Shown one piece after another: positions 51,880 through 63,280 of a DNA stretch of 64,000 bases. This stretch comes from Octopus sinensis (lineage: Eukaryota), in NCBI RefSeq assembly GCF_006345805.1, contig NC_043000.1, positions 68,696,001-68,760,000 on the forward strand. The letters run 5' to 3'. Position 1 is the first letter of the stretch. Each line of letters begins with the position of its first letter. The position numbers and the translations under genes were made by a program. The notes below the pieces were generated by a model. That model saw only the letters and a program-made list of their open reading frames with translations, ran no database searches and had not been told where the DNA came from.

Positions 51880-53330
51880 TGTAAGAACTTCTTTGGAGGA
51901 TTAGGATGCATGTGTTTTAGTGTAGTGTTTTGTTTGAGAAGGTTCTCAAACATAGCCCTGTCTTCACTAACTATGACAGCTGCTAGGTGACTGATCACAT
52001 CCATACCCGTCATCACATCAACTCCATCCACCACAGGCCAATCCCTATTGCTCGTACCCTTCTTTTTGTTCCCTGCATCACTATTTCCACTTCACTGCTA
52101 CCTCTATATCTAATCTCTCTCTGTCATCAAATGCTCTTACACGACTCTTCCCGTTCTACTTTTTAGACACTTTCGGGGTCACTAAGGTTATTGTGCAACC
52201 CGTGTCTACGAGGGCTTATAACGTCTTCCCGCAACTAGAACCTCCACTATAAGCAGTGTCTGTATGAGCGCCTCTACTTGCTTGCAAAAGTAGGTAGTGA
52301 TGCAGTGTCCTCTCTAATCGTTTCCTTAACTGTAGTTTCTGGAGATATGGTCCTGTTCGCTTACACCGATAGAAAATTGGTTTGGGCTTGGAGTCCCTGC
52401 AGTCCTTCGCCATGTGGGGACTCCGACACATAAGGCACTAGCCTTTAAATGCTCGCGGCCGTGCTACGGAGATTCTTCTCTCCTCGTCACTCGTCGATCA
52501 CCGCCTGACGCTGAAGGCTTACGCAGCTGCTAGTGTCACATTTTGCGTCTACACACTGGCTTCAGCGATGGATTCGCTCATATACATTTTGTCGTAGCGT
52601 GACACGAATATCACAAACTACTTACAAACGCTAGCCGCAGCCTCTTCCAAGCCTCCTGCTGTAAATCCAGAGATGTGACCAACCTCCAAATTTTTGCCGC
52701 ATGCACATCCACCTGCTAGCCCGTTTACCTCGCCTTTCCTAGTTTGACAAACGCAGCATACGACCCTTCCGTGAGTGCTTCCTTTAGGCGCCGTTAGATC
52801 TCTGCGTCAAATTGATCTGCTTCTTTCAGTTCGAAGTACAACACCAACGAATTTCCTTCCAAATACAAAGCCATGAAACCTGTCATATCTTCAGTGCCTT
52901 GCATCGTGGCCACCTTGTTCCTCTGAATCCGGGCGATAACATCTCTCTTGCAACAAAAGGGTCTGATGGCATCGTTACCGATCTTTATTTTTGGAGGCAT
53001 ATCGTCCAGGAAAGGAGAAGAAAAAATACACGAAGGCCTAAATAGCTTGTGGGATGGGGGTAAAAGCGTATTTCACCCCACTGGCGGGTCCTCTCGTAAT
53101 AACGATCCTTTCCAATGATCCAGTGCGTTCCTAGCCTCTGGCCAGAACCTAGTGACAAATTTCCAGAGTTCACGCGGCCACCACGTGTGTCCCGAGTGAA
53201 AAGCAAAAAAGATTCACATTAGTAGTCCTCCCACTCATGTGACGGCTCTTGGTTCTGCATTTTCGACAAAACCCTTCAATTGTTCGCAAAACAGCACAGA
53301 TCCTCTACTTCCGGCAAGGCACCCGGCCGC
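51880..53330 (-). mobile_element. Ty3/gypsy LTR retrotransposon remnant: gag, two CCHC knuckles, protease; RT absent
   Basis: MPPKIKIG..MALYLEGNSLVLY; CLMCRSPHMAKDC and a second decayed knuckle; aspartic protease ALVDTGC at 52,195-52,215. Confidence 0.82.
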
Positions 53331-53389
53331 ACACAAAATAACATCGGTTGTTAAGCACTGAGAGACAAACAAAAAGACGCACACATATA

Positions 53390-53452
<63 letters not shown>

Positions 53453-53602
53453 CACACCACTCACGCACACACACAGGATGGGATTCAAACAGTTTCCGTC
53501 TAAGAAAGTCACTCACAACGTATTTGTCAGGCAGTTCAATATTAATGAAAATAAATAAATAAATAAGTACCTGTGCAACAATACATATTATATATATGTA
53601 TA

Positions 53603-53860
53603 TCTATATATATAAAACTGAGAATGTGTGTCTCTCTGTCTGTCTGCCTGTCTGTGAGAGTCCCTAAAACTTGAGACCTACACAACCAATTTCGTTCAAA
53701 TTTTACACATGCCTTATTTAGGTGTCATGGGCAAAAAAATTGTTAACTTCTGTTTCAGTATTACGTGTTAAAAGTGAAACAAAACCATCTCTCTATTGCA
53801 ATGTCAGATACTTCCACTTTAATAATGAAAGTATTTAAGTCAAACTATTATATAACAGGG
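53603..53860 (+). mobile_element. Helitron-like 5' end
   Basis: A|TCtatatatataaaactgagaatgtgtgtc(tgtc)n...ccaatttcgttcaaattttacac, the start typical of non-autonomous Helitrons. Confidence 0.55.
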
Positions 53861-54010
53861 ATGAACCATTAACAGTGGACATCCATTTTGCAAGAAGAAG
53901 ATCCGCTTTGGTCTTATATGCTACACCATTGGTTTTCAATCAAATTAATATTCAATTTTTCACCCTTATTATTTTATATTTAAATTTACATGTATATATA
54001 TTATATATAT

Positions 54011-55155
54011 CTTCCCCTCTTTCCCCGTCTGTCTTGATAGACAATGGGTTGCGCCAAGGGTGGGGCCTACTTTGATGATGTGCAGCGTCTGCTGTGACTG
54101 AACAGTCCAATTCTAGAGTGGCAGTCCTTGGTACATTTGCTGCACACGAACATCGATGGGTACGTGTGGGGTGTTGCTGCAGTTGTCCTCCTCCTGTCCC
54201 GCCTGTCCAACCACAGCTGTGCTCTCCTCTCCTCAGCCATGGAAACGCCTTTCCTCACCGTCCGACGCCAGGCAGAGCGGTCAGCAGCTGTTTCCTCCCA
54301 CGTGTCCACACAGATGTTGGCAGTCCTCAGGTCGCGCTTGCACACGTCCCTGTATCGTAGCTGTGGACGTCCCTTGGGTCGGGATCCCGTGGTGAGTTCG
54401 CTGTACAGGATGTCTTTAGGCATGCGACCGTCCTGCATGCGGCAGACGTGTCCGAGCCAGCGCAGTCGTCTCCGCACGAGGAGGGAATACATGCTTGGCA
54501 TATTAGTCTGTTCCAGGATGACTCCGTTTGGTACTCGGTCCTTCCGGGAGATGCCAAGGATCTGTCGAAGACACCGCATGTGGAAGCCGCTGAGGCGGCA
54601 TTCCTGCCGGGTGTATGTTGTCCAGCTCTCGCTGCCGTAGAGTAGGGTGCTCAGCACACAGGCTCGGTACACTGCGATCTTGGTGGTTATTGTGAGCATG
54701 TTGTTTTCCCACACTCTCCTGGAGAGCTTAGCCATGGCAGCAGCAGCCTTCCCAATCCGTCTGTTCAGCTCCGGCTCGAGGGACAGGCTGCTGGAGACCG
54801 TCGATCCCAGGTAAGTGAACTCGTTCACCACCTGCAAGCTGTGGTCGCCGACATCCTGGCCCATGATCTCTGTCTTTTTCAGGCTGATGGTAAGGCCGAA
54901 CTCTTGGCAGGCATCCGCCAGGGAGCTGACCAGCCTCTGGAGACCCGGTTGGTTGTGTGATGTTAGGGTGGCATCGTCAGCAAAGAGGATCTCTCTGATC
55001 AGCACCTGACGGACTTTGGTCTTAGCTCTGAGGCGCGCAAGATTGAACAATCCACCATCAGCCCTGGTGTGGAGGAACACTCCGTCGTCGGACGTTCTGA
55101 AGGCATAGGACAGGACAAGGGAGAAGAAAATTCCGAAGAGTGTCGGCGCCAGAAC
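54011..55155 (-). mobile_element. 5'-truncated RTE (BovB-like) LINE with intact RT C-terminus
   Basis: Open frame 55,155 to 54,067: VLAPTLFGIFF, ILFADD, FGLTISLKKT, FTYLGS, RRRLRWLGHVCRM, C-terminal CSKC..CHSRIGLFSHSRRC. Tail cccattgtctatcaagacagacgg. Confidence 0.95.
54067..55155 (-). CDS. RTE reverse transcriptase, partial (~363 codons, no stops)
   Basis: ORF 54067-55080 extends in frame upstream to the junction at 55,155. Confidence 0.85.
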   Translation of the reverse strand, partial: VLAPTLFGIFFSLVLSYAFRTSDDGVFLHTRADGGLFNLARLRAKTKVRQVLIREILFADDATLTSHNQPGLQRLVSSLADACQEFGLTISLKKTEIMGQDVGDHSLQVVNEFTYLGSTVSSSLSLEPELNRRIGKAAAAMAKLSRRVWENNMLTITTKIAVYRACVLSTLLYGSESWTTYTRQECRLSGFHMRCLRQILGISRKDRVPNGVILEQTNMPSMYSLLVRRRLRWLGHVCRMQDGRMPKDILYSELTTGSRPKGRPQLRYRDVCKRDLRTANICVDTWEETAADRSAWRRTVRKGVSMAEERRAQLWLDRRDRRRTTAATPHTYPSMFVCSKCTKDCHSRIGLFSHSRRCTSSK

Positions 55156-55505
55156 TTCTACTTGGCTGCGCCTTGTGGAAAGTTCTTGCTAACGGCCTCT
55201 CCTGCACTACTGTGTCCACAGCAGCACCTTCACGCGGTACCCCCTGTTCTCACTGAGCCTGCTGTGTGGCGCGACCGGGTGCTTGGCGGTATAACCAGGT
55301 GGGCAGACTGGGCTCGTTAGCCTTGGTTGGCAGCCAGTCTAGGAGAAGGAAAACTCTGACTCCAAACCCTCGCTCCGCTGCCTTGCGGATGCTCTTGGGA
55401 GAGGGAAAGGCTATGGGAGTAAACCCAGACAGAAAATCCGGAGTGGAGCCCCGAAGGCGGTAGGGTGTCGAATCTCGACCCCTTTCCGGCAACTCCTGCA
55501 GCCAA
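55156..55505 (+). mobile_element. RTE 5' UTR fragment in opposite orientation, fused to the RT fragment
   Basis: ggttggcagccagtctaggagaaggaaaactctga, ggctatgggagtaaaccc, aaatccggagtggag and ggcaactcctgcagccaa are motifs I recall from RTE/BovB 5' UTRs. Confidence 0.7.
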
Positions 55506-55825
55506 CCAGATAGAAGTATACATATAGAGGTATATATATAGATGTATATATATGGATGTATATATATATTATATATATATAAAATTATAAATGAGGGTAA
55601 AAATCGATATTATTTAATAATACCATTAATTTAACACCAAGTGGCTTAGCACAAAAAACTACGGAGAAAATACAAATTTATACATAAATTATTAGAGAGT
55701 TATCCACTATGTGGATAACTCTTTGCTAAAAATAGCTCCGAAGCAACCACAGAAGATCTGTTTCCAACTAGAATCAACATACATTTAACGGAAGGAAAGT
55801 GAAATACAACGAATAAAATAGATTG

Positions 55826-55900
55826 ACTCTATACAATTGTTTCATTACTAATGTAATATGTAGTTTTACTTACACTACATCTATAAATCTTCGGTAGAGT
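55826..55900 (-). ncRNA. Hammerhead motif in left palindrome arm (U4C)
   Basis: Reverse complement: actcta-CCGAAGA-tttatag atgtagt..actacat..gtaat-GAAAC-AATT-GTA|tagagt. Confidence 0.7.
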
Positions 55901-56041
55901 TTGTCAGAAATGCATTAATTAGATCGATTCGAGCGTCAAAAACACGAGCGGTCCAACCAATTACATTTTTAGTTATGTCTTTGGTTGGACCGCTCGTGTT
56001 TTTGACGCTCGAATCGATCTAATTAATTGCATTTCTGACAA

Positions 56042-56115
56042 ACTCTACCGAAGATTATAGATGTAGTGTAAGTAAAACTACATATTACATTAGTAATGAA
56101 ACAATTGTATAGAGT
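56042..56115 (+). ncRNA. Hammerhead motif in right palindrome arm (U4C)
   Basis: actcta-CCGAAGA(56048-54)-stem II region-GAAAC(56098-102)-AATT-GTA|tagagt. Stem I is a perfect 6 bp; loop III is palindromic. Confidence 0.7.
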
Positions 56116-56286
56116 CAATCTATTTTATTCGTTGTATTTCACTTTCCTTCCGTTAAATGTATGTTGATTCTAGTTGGAAACAGATCTTCTGTGGTTGCTT
56201 CGGAGCTATTTTTAGCACTAGAGTTATCCACATAGTGGATAACTCTCTAATAATTTATGTATATATATATCTATATATATATATAT

Positions 56287-56319
<33 letters not shown>

Positions 56320-56561
56320 CATGTATATATATATATATATAGATGTATATGTATACATGTATATGTATACATGTACATGTATAGCTGTATATGTATACAT
56401 GTATATTTATAGATGTATATATATACATGCATGTGTAGATGTAGATGTATATATATATATATAGAAGTACATGTAATATGTACACATATATATATATACA
56501 CATATATGCATGCATACATATATACACCCATACACACATCCACCTCCCCACACACACATAC

Positions 56562-57545
56562 ATAGGTGCAGGTGTGACTGTGTAGTAACAAATTCGTTCC
56601 AAAACACATGGTCCTCAGTTCAGTCCCACTGTGTGGTAACTTGGCATGTGTCTTCTGCTATAGCCTCAGACCAACTAAAGCCTTGTCAGTGGATTTTGTA
56701 GACAGAAACTGAAAGAAATCAATTGTATATATATACGTATGTATATATTAGTTAGTTAGTTAAATAATTTTTTGGCTCAAAAAGCAAAAAGTAAGGCCAT
56801 GTAGGGGGACATGGAGCTATGTACAGGGTGGTGTTCATATAAAGAGTTCAAGCCACTTGAGGTCAAGGGAGACTTTGAACCGAGCGGTCGTCGGCATCTT
56901 CACCATCTCGTCTGGCAGCTTATTCCACGGATCCGCAACCCGGACGGAGAAAGCCCCTCTCCTTCGATTGAGATGAAATCGTCACCGATAGAGCTTTTCG
57001 GAATGACCCCGGAGCCGACGCTCTGGAGCAGGAGTGAAGAACAGCTCTTTCGAGAGGTTACACTTTCCGCTTATGATGTGAGCAAGAATGAGATCTCCAC
57101 GGCGTCGTCGTTTTTCTAGAGAATAAAGGTCGAGCGTCTTCAGCCTTTCTTCATAAGACAAATTCTTGAGACCAAGAACCATGCGGGTAGCCAGTTTCTG
57201 GACTCTTTCGAGATGCTGTATGTCTTTGAGGAGATGAGGCTTGAATCCCGTACTCCAATATGGGTCTCACCAGCGTGACGTAGAGCGGTAGGAATATGGC
57301 TGCTGTGAGCATTCCGAATGACCGTCGAATGACCTTACTATTTATGTAAGTCTATGTGTGTGTCTTTGTGTTTCTCCCTCATCACTGCTTCACAACTGGT
57401 GTTTGTTTATTTACATCCCCATAACTTACTGGTTTCACAAGAAGAAACTGATAGAATAAGTACCAGGCTTATCAAAATAAGAAAAAAAGCACTAGGCAGT
57501 GTCTCATATTTTCGTTTACACACTCAGTTGGATCTATCAATTTAT
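56562..57545 (+). mobile_element. OK/OR-like SINE (copy A) split by a CR1 fragment
   Basis: Head cataggtgcaggtgtgactgtg at 56,562; the body resumes at ~57,338. The uninterrupted paralogue is at 58,295. Confidence 0.82.
56749..57337 (-). mobile_element. 5'-truncated CR1/L2-group LINE 3' end with (TAAC)n tail
   Basis: LYVTLVRPILEYG; LKNLSYEERLKTLDLYSLEKRRRRGDLI; RRLRGHSEKL; absent from duplicate copy B. Confidence 0.9.
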
Positions 57546-57573
57546 CTTTGCGTGTGTGTGTGTGTGTGTGTAT

Positions 57574-57664
<91 letters not shown>

Positions 57665-57826
57665 ATATATATGTATATATATATGGATTTCGTAGACAGG
57701 AACTGAAACAAATTAATCGTATATATATGTAGCCATTAACAGTGAAATTCATTTTGCTACACGATCCGCTATGGTCTTATATGCTACACCACTGGTTTTC
57801 AATATTTTAAATTTAAATTTACATGT

Positions 57827-57881
<55 letters not shown>

Positions 57882-58035
57882 ATATATATATATAATATAT
57901 ATATATATACATGTAATTTAAATTTAAAATATGTATACATATAGATGTATATATATGGATGTATATATATGGATATGTATATATATATATATGTATATAT
58001 ATGTATATATGTATATATGTATATATATGTATATA

Positions 58036-58077
<42 letters not shown>

Positions 58078-58294
58078 ATATATATACATATATATGTATA
58101 CATGTATATGTATAGCTGTATATGTATACATGTATATGTATAGATATATATGTATACATGTATGTGTAGATGAATATATATAGATGCACTTGTAATATGT
58201 ACACACACATATATATATGCATACATATATATACACCCATACTCACACACACACACACACACAAACATCCACACACACACATACACACACATGC

Positions 58295-58680
58295 ATAGGT
58301 GCAGGTGTGGCTGTGGGGTAACAAACTTCGTTCCAAAACACATGGTCCTCAGTTCAGTCCCACTGTGTGGTAACTTGGCATGTGTCTTCTGTTATAGCCT
58401 CAGACCAACCAAAGCCTTGTCAGCGGATTTTGTATACAGAAACTGAAAGAAATCAATTGTATATATATGTATGTATATATGTAAGTCTATGTGTGTGTCT
58501 TTGTGCTTCGCCCTCATCGCTGCTTTACAACTGGTGTTTGTTTATTTACATCCCCATAACTTACTGGTTCACAAGAAGAAACTGATAGAATAAGTACCAG
58601 GCATATCAAAATATAAAAAAGCACTAGGCAGTATCTCATATATTTGTTTGCCCACTCAGTTGTATCTTCAATTTATCTTT
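58295..58680 (+). mobile_element. OK/OR-like SINE (copy B)
   Basis: cataggtgcaggtgtggctgtgg...agttcagtcccactg...gaaactgaaag...gaataagtaccagg. Confidence 0.85.
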
Positions 58681-58719
58681 GTGTGTGTGTGTGTGTGTGT
58701 GTGTACACACACACACACA

Positions 58720-58783
<64 letters not shown>

Positions 58784-58838
58784 TATATTATATATATATA
58801 TGAATTTTGTTGACAGGAGCTGAAATAAATCAATCGTA

Positions 58839-59395
58839 TATGACGAGGTGGCCAATGACCTTCGTACGTTGAGCCTCACAGAGTACATGACGAAGGACCG
58901 AGACCTCTGGAGATATGCTGTGACTTCAAAAACCTGACAAATGAAGTGAGTTCATGGCTCGCAAGATCTTAGAGTGACACACTGTTCTTGAGGAGACCTA
59001 TTGAGTTACGTACGTCAACACCAACATCAAAATGAAAATCAAATGGAAATTGTATTTAGGATACCCGTGCCGGTGACACGTTAAAAGCACAGTCCGAACG
59101 TGGCAGATGCCAGCGCCGCCTGACTGGCGTCCGTGTCGGTGACACGTAAAAGCACCAACCGATCGTGGCCGTTTGCCAGCCTCCTCTGGCCCTTGTGCCG
59201 GTGGCACGTAAAAAGCACCCACTACACTCACGGAGTGGTTGGCGTTAGGAAGGGCATCCAGCTGTAGAAACACTGCCAGATCAGACTGGAGCCTGGTGCA
59301 GCCACCTGGCTTCCCGGGTCCCGGTCGAACCGTCCAACCCATGCTAGCATGGAAAACGGACGTTAAACGATGATGATGATGATATGTAAATGTAT
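58839..59395 (+). mobile_element. 3' end of an RTE-X-type LINE (ORF C-terminus + 3' UTR) with (GAT)n tail
   Basis: YDEVANDLRTLSLTEYMTKDRDLWRYAV then stop. The UTR has three ~64-bp repeats and ends cccatgctagcatggaaaacggacgttaaacgatgatgat. Confidence 0.8.
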
Positions 59396-59653
59396 GTGTG
59401 TGTCTTTGTCTCTGTGCTTCGCCCTCATCGCTGCTTCACAACCGCTGTTCATTTATTTACATCCCCATAACTTACTGGTTTCACAAGAACAAACTAATAG
59501 AATAAGTACCAGGCTTATCAACATAAAAAAAGCACTAGGCTGTGTCTCATATTTTTGTTTGCCCACTCAGTTGTATCTATCAATTTATTTTTGTATGTGT
59601 GTGTATATATCTATATCTATAACTATCTATCTATCTCTCTCTCTCTCTCCCCC

Positions 59654-59660
<7 letters not shown>

Positions 59661-59684
<24 letters not shown>

Positions 59685-61042
59685 ATAATATATATATATA
59701 TATATATAACACTCTAATGGGGGCCTTCACTCCCAAATTTTAGTCATTTCTTTTATGATTCAAAACTACATCAAAAGTACTGAATGGCTCCTTATGAAAT
59801 TTGGAAATTATATTCTATGGATAAGGGCCATAACCCACATGACAATTTATATACTTTTGCTGTTGATGAAATTTTTACCATAGATATTTGACACAAATGA
59901 AGTAATTTTTATAAAATTTCATCTTCTTAGAAATATATATATAGATGCACATGTAATATGTACACATATATATACATGCATACATATATACACCTATGGG
60001 GACTTAACACCCACAAGTTTGTCATTTTATCTAAGCAAAAACGAATACAGTTGGGTTCTTGAAAGCTGTAGGGTTACCCGAGTATAATAAATGTGCATTA
60101 TTTGTAATTCAATGGTACAACAGTGTAACAGTTTGCTTTGACATACACTTACATTGTGATTTCTGCAATGTGGTGCATAAATTGTCAAGTAAATGAGAGG
60201 CATCTTTGACTCCACTGATTCAGTTGCAAAGTGTTGAGTAGAGTTATTTGATTGCAGACCTCCTTTCAGTCTTTTTATCACTGGGTCACACATAGTCCCC
60301 AGATGGTAACATTGATTTCAAGGCCTTCCCGGATGAGTTACTGGTTATTCAAAGACATTTATAGTTACGTATCAGTATAGTGGTCATTTGCAAACTCTAG
60401 AGGTGACACTTTCATTTCTTCTTAGCCCTCACGTCACACAGTTGTTGATGTTTGAGTTGGGTCACGCCCTTCCAATTGCTATAGATTCGTAATGCATCTT
60501 ACGGCTGTGCCTGTCACCTGGATGGTGACGAATCCTATATTGGGAGTGGTAACGACTAGGGTAGGGTAGCTGACTGCTTATTGTGATCATTTGTCTTTTG
60601 GTTTCCTGTAGCTTTGCTCTCTTTTACAAACCCAGGGAACATATATTTCCTATTTCAAAGAAATTCAAACAATAGATATAAGGCCCAAGTTAAAAAGATT
60701 CTCAACAATTCAACTTTTCTGGTTGACATTATGATGCCCACCCCCAACAGGGGCCTTAACTCTCACATTTTAGAGCTCCATTACCTTCATTTTTCAGGAG
60801 CAAAATCTTTTTAACAGGTTCAATAAGACTGGAATTTTGGAATACGCGCATAAAAATCAGTAGTATGGGATACATGTGGCACGATTACAATTTTTTAGGG
60901 TGTGTAAAGCGGGAAATAACCCTCATCTGCAATTTTGATGAAATTCGAAACATAGATATTCCAGTTCATTACAGAAAATATAACAGAAAAGTCTAATTCT
61001 TCAATTGCATGTAACACGGCCAACGCCGGGTATCTCTTTTAG
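59661..61042 (+). mobile_element. Helitron-like non-autonomous element or 3' part of one
   Basis: 3' end cggccaacgccgggtatctctTTAG|T (GC-rich imperfect hairpin plus CTAG-like end). A possible TC start lies in the (TA)n at 59,661. Confidence 0.5.
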
Positions 61043-61625
61043 TATATATATATATATATATTAGAAGAAATGAGGTAATCAGAAGATCGGATGGTTTGTA
61101 TTTACAGATATTTATTTATGTATTACATTTTTTACATATATATCATATCACTTAGTTCATTAGCGCTTTCTCCCATTCTAGTGGGGTTTTCAAATGAAAA
61201 TAAGTTCCTTTGCTGGGGATTTTAATCATTTTATAGTTCCTCTTGTGATGGGGAGGAATGTAAGACAGTACAGGAGGGTGAGGTGGATGAGGAGAAACTG
61301 AGAGGGAGAACATGTGTGTATGTGTATATGTGTGTATGTATGCGTGTGCGTGTGTGTGTGTGTGTTTGTATCTGAGGTGATTGCTAAAGAGAAAGAGGGG
61401 AAGGGAGAGGGAAGAAGATGGAAAGAAGTTTTTGGGTCTGCTGGACAGGATATTGACTCCAAGAGGGTTCTAAGAATTTCAGTTTTGACCACTTCACAGT
61501 GTTATTGAGTGTGTGGTGGTGGGGAGGTAAGCCATAAATTATATTTCCTTTTAACATTGTCGGGATGGTCAAATGTATTTTTGGGTTTTTAAGAATTCTT
61601 ATCACTTTGTATGATCATTTTGTGG

Positions 61626-61685
<60 letters not shown>

Positions 61686-62606
61686 GTGTGTTGCATGTGC
61701 GCGTGTCTGTGTGTTTGGAAAAGGGGAGAGGGACAAAAAAAGAAAGAAAAAGAAAAATAAGGGAGGAAGGGGAAAAAAGTTGTGTTGATATTTATACCAC
61801 TATATACATATATACACGCTTATACATGAAATATTTGAAAAAAACCTTTTTATCGGTTCAAAATGAACAACTAAATTATATATATATATATATATTATGC
61901 ATCACATTCCAAAAAATATTACAAACTCACACTTTTAAAGATTTTGCCATTGACTTGCCTACTCTGAACTATTTAATTACATCTATATATTTTTGTATGA
62001 ATGCAAAAGTTAAAGTCTGCAGTTGAGCAATTCAAAGTAATTTTTGAAATGCAATAAACAATATCACACTTATGTTCTAGGCTAATTCACCTATGAAATA
62101 ATGATTTACCACTTATACATAAAAATTATTAAATGCACACATGCTCATACAGATGCCAAGCCTCATCTTTCTTTCTTGGTTCGGCCGTCGTCCGTGCGAA
62201 AGATACCTGTTGTTATGTCTTGTTATTTGTATTTGTGTAACATTCTCCGTTAGCTTAGTTTTTCCTTGGGGCTGGCCAGATTGAAGCAATCTCAAATATA
62301 ACCAGCCGAAATTGCAAAGATAATCTGGAACTCGACTGAGGAAAGAAAAGCCGAGACGAAAGAAAAAATATTCTGAACGCGAGGACGACGAGCTTATGAA
62401 GGAGACAGTATAAGCACGTCCTTTCTTTTCGAAGATTGTGGGCAAAAAGACAGATTATCTTTCGTCTTTCATTTTTACTGTTTTGCTCTTACTGTTTTTT
62501 TTTATTATTGTTTTGTTCTCATCGTCCTGTTCATGTTACCAATTTAACCCTCTGCAAAATATCCCAAATATTATTTTGTTTGCTTTGCGGGAAGGACTGT
62601 TTCAAC

Positions 62607-62672
62607 GAAATCGCGTATTGTCCCTGCCTTCATAACGTGGGGTAGATGAAACAGGGACAACTGAAGAAGGGG
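62607..62672 (+). ncRNA. Permuted (type II topology) hammerhead-like motif
   Basis: GAAA-tcgcg-TA|ttgtccctg..ttcat..atgaa..cagggacaa-CTGAAGA-agggg. Stem I is a closed 9+5-bp hairpin; stem II pairing is not evident. Confidence 0.5.
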
Positions 62673-63165
62673 AATATTCTATATAGTGTATGTCTCGTTT
62701 CTAAGTTTGTTTCTATGTTTTTGTTTTTATGCTTTCGTTTCTCATTGTGTTCAAAGTTTTTTTTTATGTCCTGTACCCATAAATGCATGTGTATATATAC
62801 ATATATATGTAGGTATGTACATGTATGTATGTATATATGCATATATCTATATATTATTTATATTATTATATGATCGAACGCCACGCATGCTTTTCCATGT
62901 AAGTTTTATACACACACAAACACACACACACACACACACGCACACGCACACACACATATATATATATATATATGTATATATCATATATATATATTATATA
63001 TATATATTATGTATATATATATGTATATATATTTGTATATATGTTATGTATATATAGGTGTGTGTCTGTATATATATATATATATATATGTATATATCTA
63101 TCTATCTATATATATATATGTATATATATATGTATATGTATATATATGTATATATGTATGTTATA

Positions 63166-63228
<63 letters not shown>

Positions 63229-63280
63229 ATAGATAAATAAATAAATTGAGTTAAATGCAGGTGTTATTCAAGTTCTCTTA

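Larger units (their letters stand above)
55679..56263. repeat. 585-bp near-perfect palindrome (arms 55,679-55,960 and 55,981-56,263; 20-nt spacer)
   Basis: The arms differ by about three 1-nt indels and one substitution. A nested hairpin agagttatccac-tat-gtggataactct lies near each outer end. Confidence 0.97.
53866..58840 (+). repeat. Tandem duplication of a ~1.1-kb unit: copy A 53,866-57,730 (three later insertions), copy B 57,731-58,840
   Basis: ccattaacagtg...gatccgct.tggtcttatatgctacacca.tggttttcaat starts both copies; the SINE head and body and the microsatellite order are collinear. Confidence 0.85.

Noticed and set aside
54094-55009. Plus-strand ORFs overlapping the RTE
   Set aside because: Antisense shadows of a GC-rich intact RT frame.
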